Shown here: one piece after another, positions 13,983 through 26,908 of the stretch
Layout: every line of letters starts with the position of its first letter
How positions within the stretch are numbered: the first letter of the stretch is position 1
Program-made: the position numbers and the translations under genes
The notes under the pieces: generated by a model
Told to the model about the DNA's origin: nothing
Databases searched by the model: none
Seen by the model: the letters and a program-made list of their open reading frames with translations, nothing else
NCBI RefSeq assembly: GCF_009914755.1
Contig: NC_060929.1
DNA: 64,000 nucleotides
Origin: the human T2T-CHM13v2.0 reference genome, Homo sapiens
Direction: 5' to 3' (one strand)

Positions 13983-16329
13983 TTCTGCAGCCCAGCAGAG
14001 GCTGGTGCTTAGCTTCTCACTTGAAGGCGCCAGAGCCTCAGGGCTACCGAGAGGGGGCCCTGCCAGCGGGAGGGGTCACAGAACGCGGCAGGGCTCCTTC
14101 CACCGAGGCTATGGCAGAGACACGCTCCCGGGCTCCCCAAGTCACCAAGACTAGGGTGCGCGGTGCCCGGTTTCGCCAGAGGTTGGTCCTTCTTCCTCCC
14201 TTTCTTCTTCCCTTCCTTTGGGCGCCGGCGGCGAGAGCAGGGATTGTCAGCAACTCGGGCTGCAGAAGCAGCAGCAACGGCGGCGGCGGCAGTGGTAGCC
14301 GCCTCCAGGGCACCGGAACCCTGATCCCGGAGCTGCTGAAAAGTTGGACAGCTCCAGGCTGGCACGCCCGAGCTGTGACTTTCACCAAAACCACTCCAGC
14401 CAGTCAGGAGTCAGACCTGTCCTCTTGATCCTTCCCCTCGCCGTGCCCGCGCCTCCCTCCTCCACACTGCTCCCCACTGCCCCGGAGCCTTCCTCTTCAC
14501 CTCCGCTTGCCTCAGTGCTCTTAGAGAAATGGAGTTTGGCGATTCCTGGCTGGTTCTCAGAGCTTGTTGACGATGAGCCCCATGCTGGTGCTTCCAAAGA
14601 TAAGGAATGTGACCAGGCAAAGTTGCCTGGAATATTGTCTATGCGCGTCGCTGAAAAATTGGATCTGGGTGAAGATCCAATAGTAAGATTAATTCAGTCT
14701 CTTTCCCTGACATAGGATAAAACATTGTGTGGCTCTTTCCCACAGCAGGGAGAATGCCCAATGTTTCCTCTTGAAGATCTTCCTCCAACTTGGCCTCGGG
14801 AGTGGTCCTCGCTGGAAATCAAGGCGAGTCGTCCTTAGTTGCAGAGCCATGGCTGAGCCCGCTGGCCAGAGTTAAGGTTAAGGCACCTTTTCAATTACAA
14901 ACCTCTGATTATCTTCGGTAGTCTCTATCTTCAGTGCCTGCCTGCAATTTGCCTTTCTGCCACTTCCAGCAGAACACAGCTCTATTACTAAAGTGTTTTA
15001 AAAACATGTTGTATCAATATTCACAGAAATTAGAGTCCTATGAGGCACTAGAATCCAAATTCAACTTTTGTCTTCCTTTAATTAGCATTTTCCTGCAGTG
15101 TCAAATGTTTTTTAAAGAAGCCAAGAGGATTTCAGGGCAATATATAGACACTTTTTTCCCTGTACCTTTTTTATTTGACCATATTACTTAAAGATGAAAT
15201 GCAATTTGCTTACTGTTAAAATAATTCTAGAATTTTTCTTTGTGGAAGTTACCACGTACCATCCATTATTTGAACGATAATATATTTAGGACTCACAACA
15301 ACTTGTTGGCTGTGTAATTATTCTATTCTTCCCACACACTCAGTCTTAACATATTTTCATATGTACATTTCAAGCATATCATGTAATGGATGCTAGAGTA
15401 CCAGAATCAGGAACCATGTCTCAAACTCTCTAGACTGCTGAAAATTCAACACTCTCCACACAGTCTAGATGCCACTGGGAAAATAATGCCAATGAAAATA
15501 AGTGCTCACTTTGTTTATCAGCAAGAACAGTCCACGAAATGTGCAAGTGGCAGGAGAAGGCCTTCATCATCTCTTCATGCTATTTATTTATTTATGGTTG
15601 GAAATATACCTTTCCTCCATCAGTTTAATATGAGCCCTCTGCTCATATGTGGACTATACACAAAATCTGAGAAAGGTTGTGTCTTAAGAGAAACAAGGCA
15701 ATCTCCTAAGCACCACTCTCCACTGTGTAGGATTAAACCATACTTTACAAAGGCACTCTTTTTGCCCCTTTTGCAGACACAAGTGTGACTGGTGGCAGTG
15801 GTCAAAGTATTTACCATGCCTAGGAGGGCACTAAGCCAGTATTTTCCCAAACACAAAAGGAGAGAAATGGAAGTGTTCTGCAGTATAGACTGCCTTTTTC
15901 TTTTAATTCATTGCATTATTAACATCCAAAACCATTTTAAAGAAGTACACAAATTTCTTCTTTCCCCTGAAATGCTTGCCACCTTTCGCCTCAATATAAC
16001 TGTGGCAAAATACCTCTATCCGAAACTCTTATTCTAATTTCTCATACACTAACAGTACAAGTGACTTATAATTTTTTTCCAGATTAAATTGGAATAATTC
16101 AAATCCAACCTGATTTTCACCACCAATTTGCTCCTTCCTTTTTACTCATGAAAACTTTATCTTTTATATATTTCCCACTGATTTTTAAAAATTCTTTGTT
16201 TTGTTTTTACTATGTAATTGCAAGTCAGGAACATTTTAAAATGTAAGAAAATCATTTAATATGTTTCCAACTTGTAGAGTTTTTAATTTAACTTATAATT
16301 CCAAAATGTTATTGATAGTAATAGTTTCT

Positions 16330-16530
16330 TGTGTGATCTTTGAGGTTACAGCTTGAGTTCCAATCTACCACTTCCTACCCATGTTACTTTAGCTAAATTA
16401 TTTACCATCCCTGTCTCCCATATGCAAAGTAGTACTAATATTACCTACTTCACAGAATTTTGCAATTATTTAATGAAATAATACTTAGCACAATGCCTTA
16501 TATGCAATGAATGTTTAATAAAGGTAGCAA
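16330..16530 (+). mobile_element. MIR
   Basis: MIR core and 3' end (atacttagcacaatgcct). Confidence 0.65.
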
Positions 16531-16579
16531 TTTTTATTATTCCTGCCAGGCTGGGAAGTATCCTAAATATCATGTTAAT

Positions 16580-16914
16580 CAGCAGTTCCCAGTCTTGGCT
16601 GTACCTAGGGAATATCACCTGGGGGAGCTTGAAAAAAAATGTCTGATGTTGAACCTAGAGCAGTGATTCCAAACTTTGATGTTATCAGAATCACCAGGAG
16701 AGCTAATCCAGCACACAAAGACCCAGGCTCCATGAAGCAGGATAGGGCTTGAGGCTTTATACTTTTACCAAATTTGTGAGAAGATGCTGCTTCAGTGTAA
16801 AGTTTGATCATCACTACCCTGCCTAGACAAATAAAATCAGTATTTCTAGGGGAGGATCAAGGCATCGGCATTTTAAAAAACTCTTCATGTGATTTCATAC
16901 ATCAGCAACTACTG
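16580..16914. mobile_element. MER5-family hAT-Charlie element with a second MER5-family element nested at about 16661-16817
   Basis: Two CAG(T/C)..TTC-type starts, each followed by a tcacc(t/a)gg.gagct motif; the outer element resumes at aaatcagtatttctagggg. Confidence 0.6.
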
Positions 16915-17709
16915 ATCCAGACTTACTCTCTCATTAAATGGTTGCAAAAACACTGTAGATACTATTAGTTGACTCGCCCTTGTGTCTCAAATACTTCTAG
17001 GGAAGTCCAGCTTATAAGCAAAGTTCTCATGAAAATATGCACTTTATGTATTACTCTAGTTGCCTCTATGCTAAAAGAAAATCTTATACTGCTGAATATT
17101 GAGCACTCCCAGCCTTCCATTTAAAAACTCTTCTCATTAATCTAGGTATTTCCTACTTTTAATTAAAACAACAAAAATGTAAAATATTCCATCTACCCAT
17201 TGGTTTTCCCTGCTTATATGTTAAATAAATTATCCATTCTTTTTCCCACTAGTTGACCATAGATTTTGGAGTTTTATGGGCACAGTCTGAGAGAGATTTT
17301 TGTGAAGCATTGGGTTAATGTGGGACATCCTGGAAAGCTATCACTACTTACCATTAGCACATCTATATAAAAAGTAAAAATCAGGTAAATGATCAGTATC
17401 TTTTTCCTGAACAAACTTAAATAAGCAGTTAGTTGGTGTCATTACCATGCATTATGTCATTACCACCCCCACCCTTTTCTGCAAATGCATTTCAAATCTG
17501 TCCAAAAGATACAATCAATCACTCAATGTGCTGCTGGGCAATTAACAAGGGAGAACATTCTTGTCAATAATGATGGAGAGTTCTGGCAGAAGTGATGTCA
17601 ATTAACAGCTAGCAGAGAGCAAGCACCATTTCTATCCAGAACACAGAGTGAGATGGCAAGTGGCAGTAACTAAGGGTCCATTTCTATCTTGGCAATGGGA
17701 GGAGGATTT

Positions 17710-17936
17710 TTTTTTTTACTTTTTTTATTATACTTTAAGTTATGGGGTCCATGTGCTCAATGTGCAGGTTTGTTACATAGGTATACATGTACCATGTTGG
17801 TTTGCTGCACCCATTAACTTGTCATTTACATTAGGTATTTCTCCTAATGCTATCCCTCCTCCAGCATCCCACCCCCCGACAGGCCCCAGTGTGTAATGTT
17901 CCCCTCCCTGTGTCCACGTGTTCTCGTTGCTCAAGT
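17710..17936 (-). mobile_element. L1PA 3' end, severely 5'-truncated, with TSD
   Basis: ttattatactttaagtt... L1PA 3' UTR; TSD caatgggagga(g/a)gattt at 17693-17709 and 17937-17953. Confidence 0.93.
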
Positions 17937-18519
17937 CAATGGGAGGAAGATTTAAAGGAGACTTTCACTTTGCATACATTCTATGTATACTTGAGCACAT
18001 GAGTGCTACTTCATTTGTAAAGATGGTCATCTTGATGCCCAACAGTCAGCTTAAAATCGGAAATTTTCATCATCATATGTGTTACAAAAGGCTAAACTCC
18101 TGTCTAATTACATATCCAAAGGCATTGAAAGTCTCAGATTTCACTTAGGTCTTTAATGTTGAGTAGAAACAGGTTCTTAGGATATTTCCTTGAGATATAT
18201 GAAAGGCTTTTAAATTTGTAAAAACCTATACATATACAAGATAATATTGTCAGTATTGCCAGTACAAGTACTAGTATTAAAGTCTCTATCATATTGTTTC
18301 CAACGCAGTATATTAGGCTGCTTTTCAGTAATTTTTGTCTAATATGAAATAAACAGAAATATGCAATTAATATGAAACTAAGAAATGCTGTACTTGAATA
18401 TCCTTGTCTTTGACTAGCACACTAATGCAAATTTAGCAGCACACTAATTTCCAACTAGTTGGAGGCTCAGTATCACAAAATCAATTTTGTAACTTTCTAA
18501 TGATACCATTCCACTTGTC

Positions 18520-19300
18520 AGCTCAAGGTAAAAATATTGCTTATCTACTGTGTGCTAATTCTCAGGACGACTGTGATACTGCATTGACAAACATGCACAA
18601 AAAATTACTATCCTCAAGGAGTTTTGTGTCTTGCAGAGGAAATAAATAAATAAGCAACTATAATTTGGGAAGATGGGGGGAAGAGATATACTGATGCGGA
18701 TATGTAGTGTCTGCTGGAAGAACATTCAACCCTTACAGCTCAGTGAGTCCTCACCAAAGGGAGAGTGGCATCTAATCTGAGGCCAAGACCTCAAGTACAC
18801 ATTGAAATTAGCTATTTTCAGTATGTGTGAATACATATGTGTGACCATGAATGTGTGTACGTCTTGGGGAGATGAAGGAGTAAAGGCATTTTGGGCAGAG
18901 ACTGGCGCAGACAATAACTTAGAGATGAGAGATATTGTGGGGCATTGGACATTCAGAAAATGGCAAATAAGTCTATAAACCTGCAAGGACAGCTGAGCAA
19001 TAAGCAGAAGCCTGATAAAGAATTACTTCTTATTCAGTGTCCCCTAAAGGCAATGTAGTGACTTTGTATACATTATCAAAAGGACCCCCTTCTGAGTGGA
19101 GCAGGTTTTAAAGTTGATGAGTAGGATGCAAAGAGAGGGAGAAATAACAGATATGACAGAAGGAAGGAAAATAACAATATGTTGTCCCTGAGAAGATGGG
19201 GTTGAGGGGCGTTGAACTGCAGGGCACAGATGGAAGCATTTGCCCAAACTAGAAAAAAGCCAACATTTCCACTGTTACAGGAAAGGAAGGGGTAAGGATT
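18520..19300 (-). mobile_element. L2 fragment
   Basis: Degenerate L2 antisense motifs. Confidence 0.5.
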
Positions 19301-19559
19301 GATTCAGATGGAATTAATTTTATTGCATTTATTGAACAATTAACATTTGATATTCTGATTCTGGCAAACATTTTCCATACATTATTTTATTTAATTCTTG
19401 CAACAGTATGCTTTTTTCATCACATTTTAACATTATAATGATCAGGATGAGTCTTTCAGTGGGGACTAAAGAACTGTGCTAGTCCTCTGCCAATGTTGAG
19501 AATAGCCCGTTGGACTCTTAACTCTACATAGAAAACACCTGTTCACCTGATTGTCTCAA

Positions 19560-20160
19560 CATTAATTCAGCCATTTAACCAATATTTATTGAGCACTTAA
19601 TATGTGCCAACCCTAAGTTCTGGAGATAAAAAAGTCAATAAAGAAAAGTTCTGGCCCTCCTCTTCTAATTAAAAAAGACAGAATAAACACCTAAGCACAT
19701 ATATATATATGTATTTATATATACATATGCATGCTTAAGTGGTAAATATATATATATATGCTTAAGTGGTAAATATATATATATAGATGCTTAAGTGTTT
19801 ATTCCATTTCTTTTAATTAGAGAAATATAAATAATAATATCAGATACAGGAGCTCAGTGTTATGAAGCAAACTGAAGCAAATTAAGAAGTTGGAGTGTGA
19901 TGTTTGGGAGTGCTATTTTGCATTGGCTGGCAAGTTAGGCTTATCCAAAAGAGTAATGGTAGAGTGGCCTGAAGGAAGCAAGGGAGTAAGCCAGCACTCC
20001 AGGCTGTGGGAAAATCAAGTGCAAAGACATGGCAGCCAGCTTGTTATGGCTGAGGAATAGTAAATCAACCAGTGGCCTGGGATGAAGTCAGGTGAAAGCT
20101 GTTTGGAAATGACAGATCAAGGAAGTCCATGCTGGTCATGGTAAGGACTTTGGATTTCTG
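19560..20160 (-). mobile_element. L2 fragment containing an AT-rich fold-back
   Basis: aatatttattgagcactt ... ggtcatggtaaggactttggattt. Confidence 0.7.
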
Positions 20161-20220
20161 ACTTGCATTCATATAGCTACAGATTGATGAACTTTGCACT
20201 TAACTAAATTAAGACTATTT

Positions 20221-20566
<346 letters not shown>

Positions 20567-21619
20567 TTACTTAAAATGTCTTCAAAAGTTCATACTATAA
20601 TTATTAATACCTCATTGAAGAGCTAAGTTATTTTGTATATAGGAAGAAAATTAAAACATGGGTAGGAGACAAAGATTTACTATAAGTGAAAAAATATTTC
20701 TTCCTGGGAGAAAAACTGCACTTCCATATCTTATTGAAAAGCAACAAGATATTCATAAGAATGATATTGGAAGCTGCATATTGCTTTAGCATTGAAATGT
20801 CTATAAAATCATGGCCAGTCACACAGCAGCAATACAGTTAAAATGAGTAGATATTACCAAATCCCTCAGAAGATGTCATAGAACTTTCAAAGTGACAGAT
20901 TTGTGAGACCTGAAGAATGATTACTCAGTTGCTAAATGTCCATCTGTCACAAGCTCTTAGCTAACTTTTTAGAGATGTTTAACTTTTTGTGGTTGATAAT
21001 TATATTTTTTATAAAAATGAATCAATATGCCTTGAAATGTCACTCTTGATCTCAAAAATGTAAAAGAGATCATGAAAGAGCTTGTCACTTTGAAATTAGG
21101 CCCAACTACCAAAGGCTAAAACTGTATAAAGATCTTTAGATTCTTAATGTAGAAAAGATTTAATCTTATAGTTTGAGATGATGAAAAGTAATGTGGTAGG
21201 TAGGCATTGGTAAGGCAAAATGTATGCATTTTTAAATCACTTAAGAAAATGTAAATTTAAACTAATAGTTCTCATTTTAAAAAGCTCCCATTAAATTGAC
21301 TCAACTATTGTAATTAACGGATTTCTTAAAATAGAAGAATTGTAGCAGCAACTATTTTACATATGAGGAAACTGAAGCTTATGGGGACAATTACTTAACT
21401 AAGGTCAGATACTTGCTGTTTCAAAGCCTGGATTTGAGCCTCGTCAAGCTAAGTCCAAAACTTGTGATCTTGCCTGGATGACAAATGGGAGAAATTAAAC
21501 ATAGGCCTTTTGAAAGTAAAATGCCAATTGATGAGTTATTTAAGAATACCAGTTGAAGACTGGTTTAATATTTCAGTTAATATCATCCTAGAGCTCTAAT
21601 TATGTATTAAACCACCCAT

Positions 21620-22181
21620 CCACTGAAATTATTAGAATAGTATTATAGTATTCATGCAAGGAAGGATTTTTTTAAAAGATACAAAAGCAGTTACAGCGAA
21701 AGACTGATAAACTATACTAACATTTGGAACTTCTATTCAAGAGTGATCAAGAAAGTGAGAGGATAAGTCATAAATTGGAAGAAAACATAGCAACCCATGT
21801 AACTCTCAAAGGACTATTTCAAAATAAGTACTCCTATGAATCAATGAGAGAAAAATGGAAAAATAGTCAAAATACATGAAAAGGCACGTCACAGAAAAGG
21901 AAAACAGAATGGTAATTAAATAGATGAAAAAATTGACCAATCTCATTAGTTATCAGGGAGATGCAAATAAAGACCACAGTGAGAGGACATTTTATGTCCA
22001 CTAGGTCAGCAAAAAGTAAAAAGCCTGATGACACCATGTATTTGAAAAGATGTAGATCAATGAAAACTCATATACTGCTGGTGGTAAAACAATTTACCAT
22101 TATCTGGTAAAGGTAAACATTCACATACACTACAATTCATAATTCTACTCCTGGGTACACAGCACAGAAAATGTCTTACAT

Positions 22182-22226
<45 letters not shown>

Positions 22227-22900
22227 GACATGCACCAGACTGTTCATAGCAGGATTATACACTATAACACAAGCTAGAAACAAACTAAGTGTTTAGCAGG
22301 AAGGACTATTAGCACAAATGTTACATCAGGAAGCCATGAACAACTACAGAAAGCAACCTGGATGAATCTTAAAATGCCCTGTTGAGCAAACAAAGCAAGT
22401 AGCAGAAGACAACAAACAGAATGTCATTCTTATAACACTCAAAAACAAGAAACAAATAAGAAAACAAGCAAACAAAACAACCCCTAGGAAGACAAAATAA
22501 TATATTTTGGTGTAGTGCTTCTTAAACTAATGTGCCTGTAAATCAACAGCAATTCTTGTTAAAATACTTATTTTGGTTCAGTAGGTCTGGGGCAATGCTG
22601 AAATTCAGTATTTCTAATAAGCTCCCAGGCAATGTTCATGCATAGATCTGTGGACCATACTTACATAGCAAGATTTTAGAGGATACATACATATATGATT
22701 TTTTAAAAGTATTAAAAATGGAAAGGTTATGCAATTCATGAAATTTCAGATGGTTGTTACCCAGTGAGTGGTGAAGGAAAATATGGTAACTGAGAGAAGG
22801 AAGGAGCCCACAGGTAGATACAACATATTGATAATATTGCAGTTCATATATTATATGCTCTATAACCTACATATGTTATAATGCTGAATATTGTATAAGA
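21620..22900 (+). mobile_element. Old L1 (L1ME-like) ORF2/3' fragment with an internal (CA)n at 22186-22223
   Basis: tcattagttatcagggagatgcaaataaagaccacagtgag and other L1 ORF2 3' motifs. Confidence 0.75.
22513..22671. mobile_element. MER5-family element inside the old L1
   Basis: tagtgcttcttaaact ... ttcagtaggtctgggg ... ttctaataagctcccagg ... tagcaag. Confidence 0.8.
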
Positions 22901-23750
22901 AAAACCATAAGGGCAATTGTAACCCCACAGGGTAGGGAACTCACATCATCACCAGCAGAAGAGATGGAAACTAAGTGGGATAGGAAGAGGCAGTAAGCCA
23001 TGTGGAGTTGAATATCTCATTTCAGAAGAGAGAGCTGCAGGCCAGTCGTCAACACTGTATTTGTAATCTCCCCAGATTAAATAACTGGGCAGACTTTTAA
23101 AACTGTTGTAGCACAAAATTTGGGGAACCTAAATAGAACTCTGAGCTAAAAATAACTACAAACATCTTTAAAACAAAATTCATCCTCCTCTCAAAGTTTA
23201 GTTTTAAAGTTTTATAGTTAAATAAAGTTAATACCAAATTAAGATAAAAATTTTTGTGAAGTGGTGTGTGTAGCTCTCAAATCCAAGGTAAACCTGTTCC
23301 ATTCTTTGGCTGCGAGTTGCCCAATCCTGGCACACATATATTCCTAAATATCTATCCCCCACATCCTTTGGATATGCAGAAACTTTTCTTGGAGTGAGAA
23401 TGCAATTTTATTTCTCAAATATCTGACTTTAAAATATAATATTCCTTATCATCTAACATTGTAGCTATCAACGAACATCACAGCAGGAATTAGTAATAAC
23501 TAACAAGAACTCAGGACAGTTGCCTAAGGATTAGGAAGCGGGGTTTGCAGGCAAGAGAGGAGAATTACTAGTTTAAAATAGAAGATGGGGAGTGACAGAG
23601 AAAAATTCTCTATCTTCTCAATATTATCTCAGGTTCTTCAAACTGTTCTGATGTATAAAATATTGCAATAAATCTCTGGATGAGGCACTCGTCTAATGTT
23701 TAGCTGCTCTAAAGGGTGAAAGGGATAAGACAGAGCAGGCAGGATACCTA

Positions 23751-23832
23751 TTAGCTTGTTGTAAAGGTAATTGCGATTTTTGTGATTGAAAGTAATAGAA
23801 AAAAAACTGCAATTACTTTTGCACCAACCTAA
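23751..23832. mobile_element. MADE1 (Hsmar1-derived palindromic MITE)
   Basis: 82-bp imperfect palindrome ending gcaattacttttgcaccaacctaa, flanked by TA on both sides. Confidence 0.92.
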
Positions 23833-23839
23833 TAAATTG

Positions 23840-24035
23840 ACAACTACTACTTATTGGGTTTACTATGAACCAGGCATTATTTTAGCTGGTTTTCAAAAAT
23901 TAGTTTATTACTATCCCGATTGTACAGATAAAGAAACTGAAGCACACAGAAGATGGTAACTCATCCAAGGACACACAGACAGCAAGGGCAAAGCCAGGAT
24001 TACAATGAAGACTGCCAGTTTCAAAGCTCATACTT
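23840..24035 (-). mobile_element. MIR
   Basis: tacagataaagaaactgaagcacacaga core. Confidence 0.75.
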
Positions 24036-24159
24036 CAGGCCAGTGTTCCCTGCCTGCCTCTCTGCAGTGTCCCAATACCTAGTTCTCTGCAAGCGTGTCT
24101 TATGTCTGTGGACATTGTCAATTTCCTCATGATTGTTCTATTTAAGAAGATGGGTATAA

Positions 24160-24340
24160 GCACCAGACAGAGCAAATCAGAATCCTCAAAAATTGCATGA
24201 CTTTTTGGCCAAGTTTTACAGCTTTGCTGAGCCTTAGTTTCCTCATCTGTAAAATAAACTAGTGACAAAATATACATGATAGGACTTTGCAGAAATTACA
24301 TAAAGTAATCCATTTCATGCACTCAAGAATTTGCTGCTGC
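24160..24340 (+). mobile_element. MIR
   Basis: tgagccttagtttcctcatctgtaaaat core. Confidence 0.8.
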
Positions 24341-24565
24341 TGTTATTGGTATTAGTATTACTAAATCCTATTATAAATCTAAACCCAAGTCTGTCTTTAC
24401 TTAAGATTTTGTGCAAAATACTATGCTTTACCATGTGCATTTTACATATGTATAGATATGTATGTATATATGTAAATAAAATAAACAAGGCATTTTCTTT
24501 TTGTTTCTTTCTTTCTCCCCGACTCCTCTGAATCAGGCTATTATGGAAACACATTGAAAGGAACT

Positions 24566-24603
24566 CCAGGACTCCAAACTAGAACCAGGACCCCAAACTA
24601 GAA
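24566..24603. repeat. 19-bp tandem duplication
   Basis: ccaggac(t/c)ccaaactagaa twice. Confidence 0.9.
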
Positions 24604-25739
24604 ACCTTAAATAAACAGAAGAAGGGGAGTTTCTCTCCCACTTTGCTGGAATAAAGCCATTTTAGGATTAGCCATCCAAGTTTAAATTCATTAGCCTCCA
24701 AGGGGTTTGTGAATATTTTTAGATAATTATCCAAGACCTCCAAAATGCAATTTCTAATGTAGCTATAGCTGTCATGAATTGAAAGATGAAAAAGTCTAGC
24801 TCATTAGATCAAATGGTGTTTCCTCAAGTGATAACAAATGTGATACTTTTCAGCGTACCACAATTCTCCCTTAAGATCTGAAGTAAATAAGACTTCAAAG
24901 AGGCTCCCAGCATTAAGGGAAGACTAGTTTCTTAATCTGTCCTCAAGGAATACATGTTCTCTCCAAAAGAGAGAGGATAGGTACCTGGGGAACACTCATA
25001 AACTAACTCAGATTGGAGCCCAATTATTCACTTTTTTGTGAATGCAAAATTTTTAATGAATAATACATTTTTTTAAATATTGGGAAAAGATGCTGTTTAT
25101 TTTTATTAAATTGTTAAATTTCCAAGTAACTTGGTAAGTAAAAGAAAAGAAAATAAGAACTTCAGGAAAGGAAAAAATATACAGAATTCACAAGTCACGG
25201 CAGACTCTCCAACACCTTAGTTTTTAATGTGTTTGCTTGCTTGCTCTGTCTTCTTACAGAGTTGGCACAGTGATACAAGATTTTATTTATTTTAATCAAA
25301 GTAGTTTTGACATAGTATTTGGAGGAAGGAGAAGAAGGATATGAACCATTATTTTCCTCAGCATGACACTATCATTTAAAATAAATGGAAGATCCATGGT
25401 CTAATATTACCAAGGCTGAGTAGTTTTCCCCCTGGCTCAGTGCATGGAAAACAGCATATTTTCTTCATGCATAAATAATAGAAATCTCATTTTTGAACAC
25501 AGTGAATTGTTCAGAATGCTTTGTGGAGCGTGGCAAATGTAGATCTAGATTTATGTGCAAGTGGTCCCTGTGCAGATTCAAAGATGTGGACTAATTGGCC
25601 AATTATAAACCACAGATTGGACTAATTGACCCAGTTCTTCTTTGATGTTGGTCAAGTAACTTAGAAATGATGAATCTAAACCAAATCAGTAGTCTCATCA
25701 CAGTTAAATATTATTCATTCTTAAAAGTATGTCATTTAT

Positions 25740-25960
25740 CATGGTTATTAAGAGAATGGGCATTACAGCCAGAACGCCCTGAGTTTCCGTTTCAGCTCCA
25801 AGACTTTCTAGATGTGTAACCACAGATGGGTTACATTAACCTCTCTGTCAGTTTTTTCATCGATGAAAATAACAGAATCAACTTTGCAATGTTACTGTAA
25901 AGATTATATGAGATAATAGATGTAAAATGCTCAGCACAATATCTGTTACATAAATAATGC
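25740..25960 (+). mobile_element. MIR
   Basis: atggttattaagagaatggg ... aaaatgctcagcacaatatctg. Confidence 0.75.
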
Positions 25961-26666
25961 ATGTATACCTAAGTATACACGCATATATACATTATTATAT
26001 TCCATATATGATGTTATACATATAATTTAGGAAATTAGGGGAGTAAAAAACCAAGAACTCCCACAGTACCATGACAGGGGTAGTGCTTTTGAAAATTATG
26101 AACTGTGTTGAACTAGTAATAGGGCTTTGCCTTTAAGCCGGCAATGAATATTTTAGTGAGATAAAGAGCTTCTGTATTTTAAAACTGAAACTAGTTCTGC
26201 CTTCTTCTCTCCTTTGTTTCTACTTTTATTTCTATTCCATATGTGTTTCCTGGCAATGGAGAAGGGAGAAAACAGATGTTTACTGGAGGGCCTACTATGT
26301 CAGATGCTGCTGCAGTGGGCACTTCACTTATGCGATGGCATTTGATAGCCATGGCCTTTTTATGAAGAAGGTATTGTTATTCCTAATTTACAGATGAGGA
26401 AAATGTGTCCTCATCTCATAATTAGAAAACACTGGAACTCAATTTTTAGCCACTATTTAGGTACCTCCAAAGCGTTTTACATTTCTTTAGTTAAAGAATT
26501 TGCCAGATACAGTGTGGGTCAGGTTCCTATCTATTTTTAATCGAGAACCTATTTCTCTAGGAAACTATGCTAGAGAAAGTAGTTAGCTTCCTAAGCCAGA
26601 AAAAGTAGTTAGCCTTCTAAGCTAGCCTTTTCATTCACAATAGAAATAGCACATACTGCAATGAAA

Positions 26667-26889
26667 CAGGGTCAGGCAAACTGTGGCTATTAGACAAATT
26701 CAGCTTGCTATCTGTTTTTGTAAATAAAGTTTTATTGGAACATAGCCAAACCCATGTAATTACATGAGTAAATGTCAATGATTGCTCTCATACTTCAGTG
26801 GCAGAGTTGAGTATGACAGAGACTGTATATCTCACAAAGTCTAAAATATTTACTAAACGAATCTTTATAAAAACAGTTTGCTGACCACT
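26667..26889. mobile_element. MER58A (hAT-Charlie)
   Basis: cagggtcaggcaaact ... tttttgtaaataaagttttattggaacatagcc ... agtttgctgaccact. Confidence 0.88.
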
Positions 26890-26908
26890 AATGAATAAGA
26901 AAATATTA

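Noticed and set aside
15429-15469. Short hairpin tctagactg...cagtctaga, and a similar 7-bp one at 12109-12137
   Set aside because: Arms too short to exceed chance
26576-26625. Short tandem duplications (also near 34125, 34538, 38922, 41737, 52699 and 57526)
   Set aside because: Ordinary slippage duplications with no shared motif
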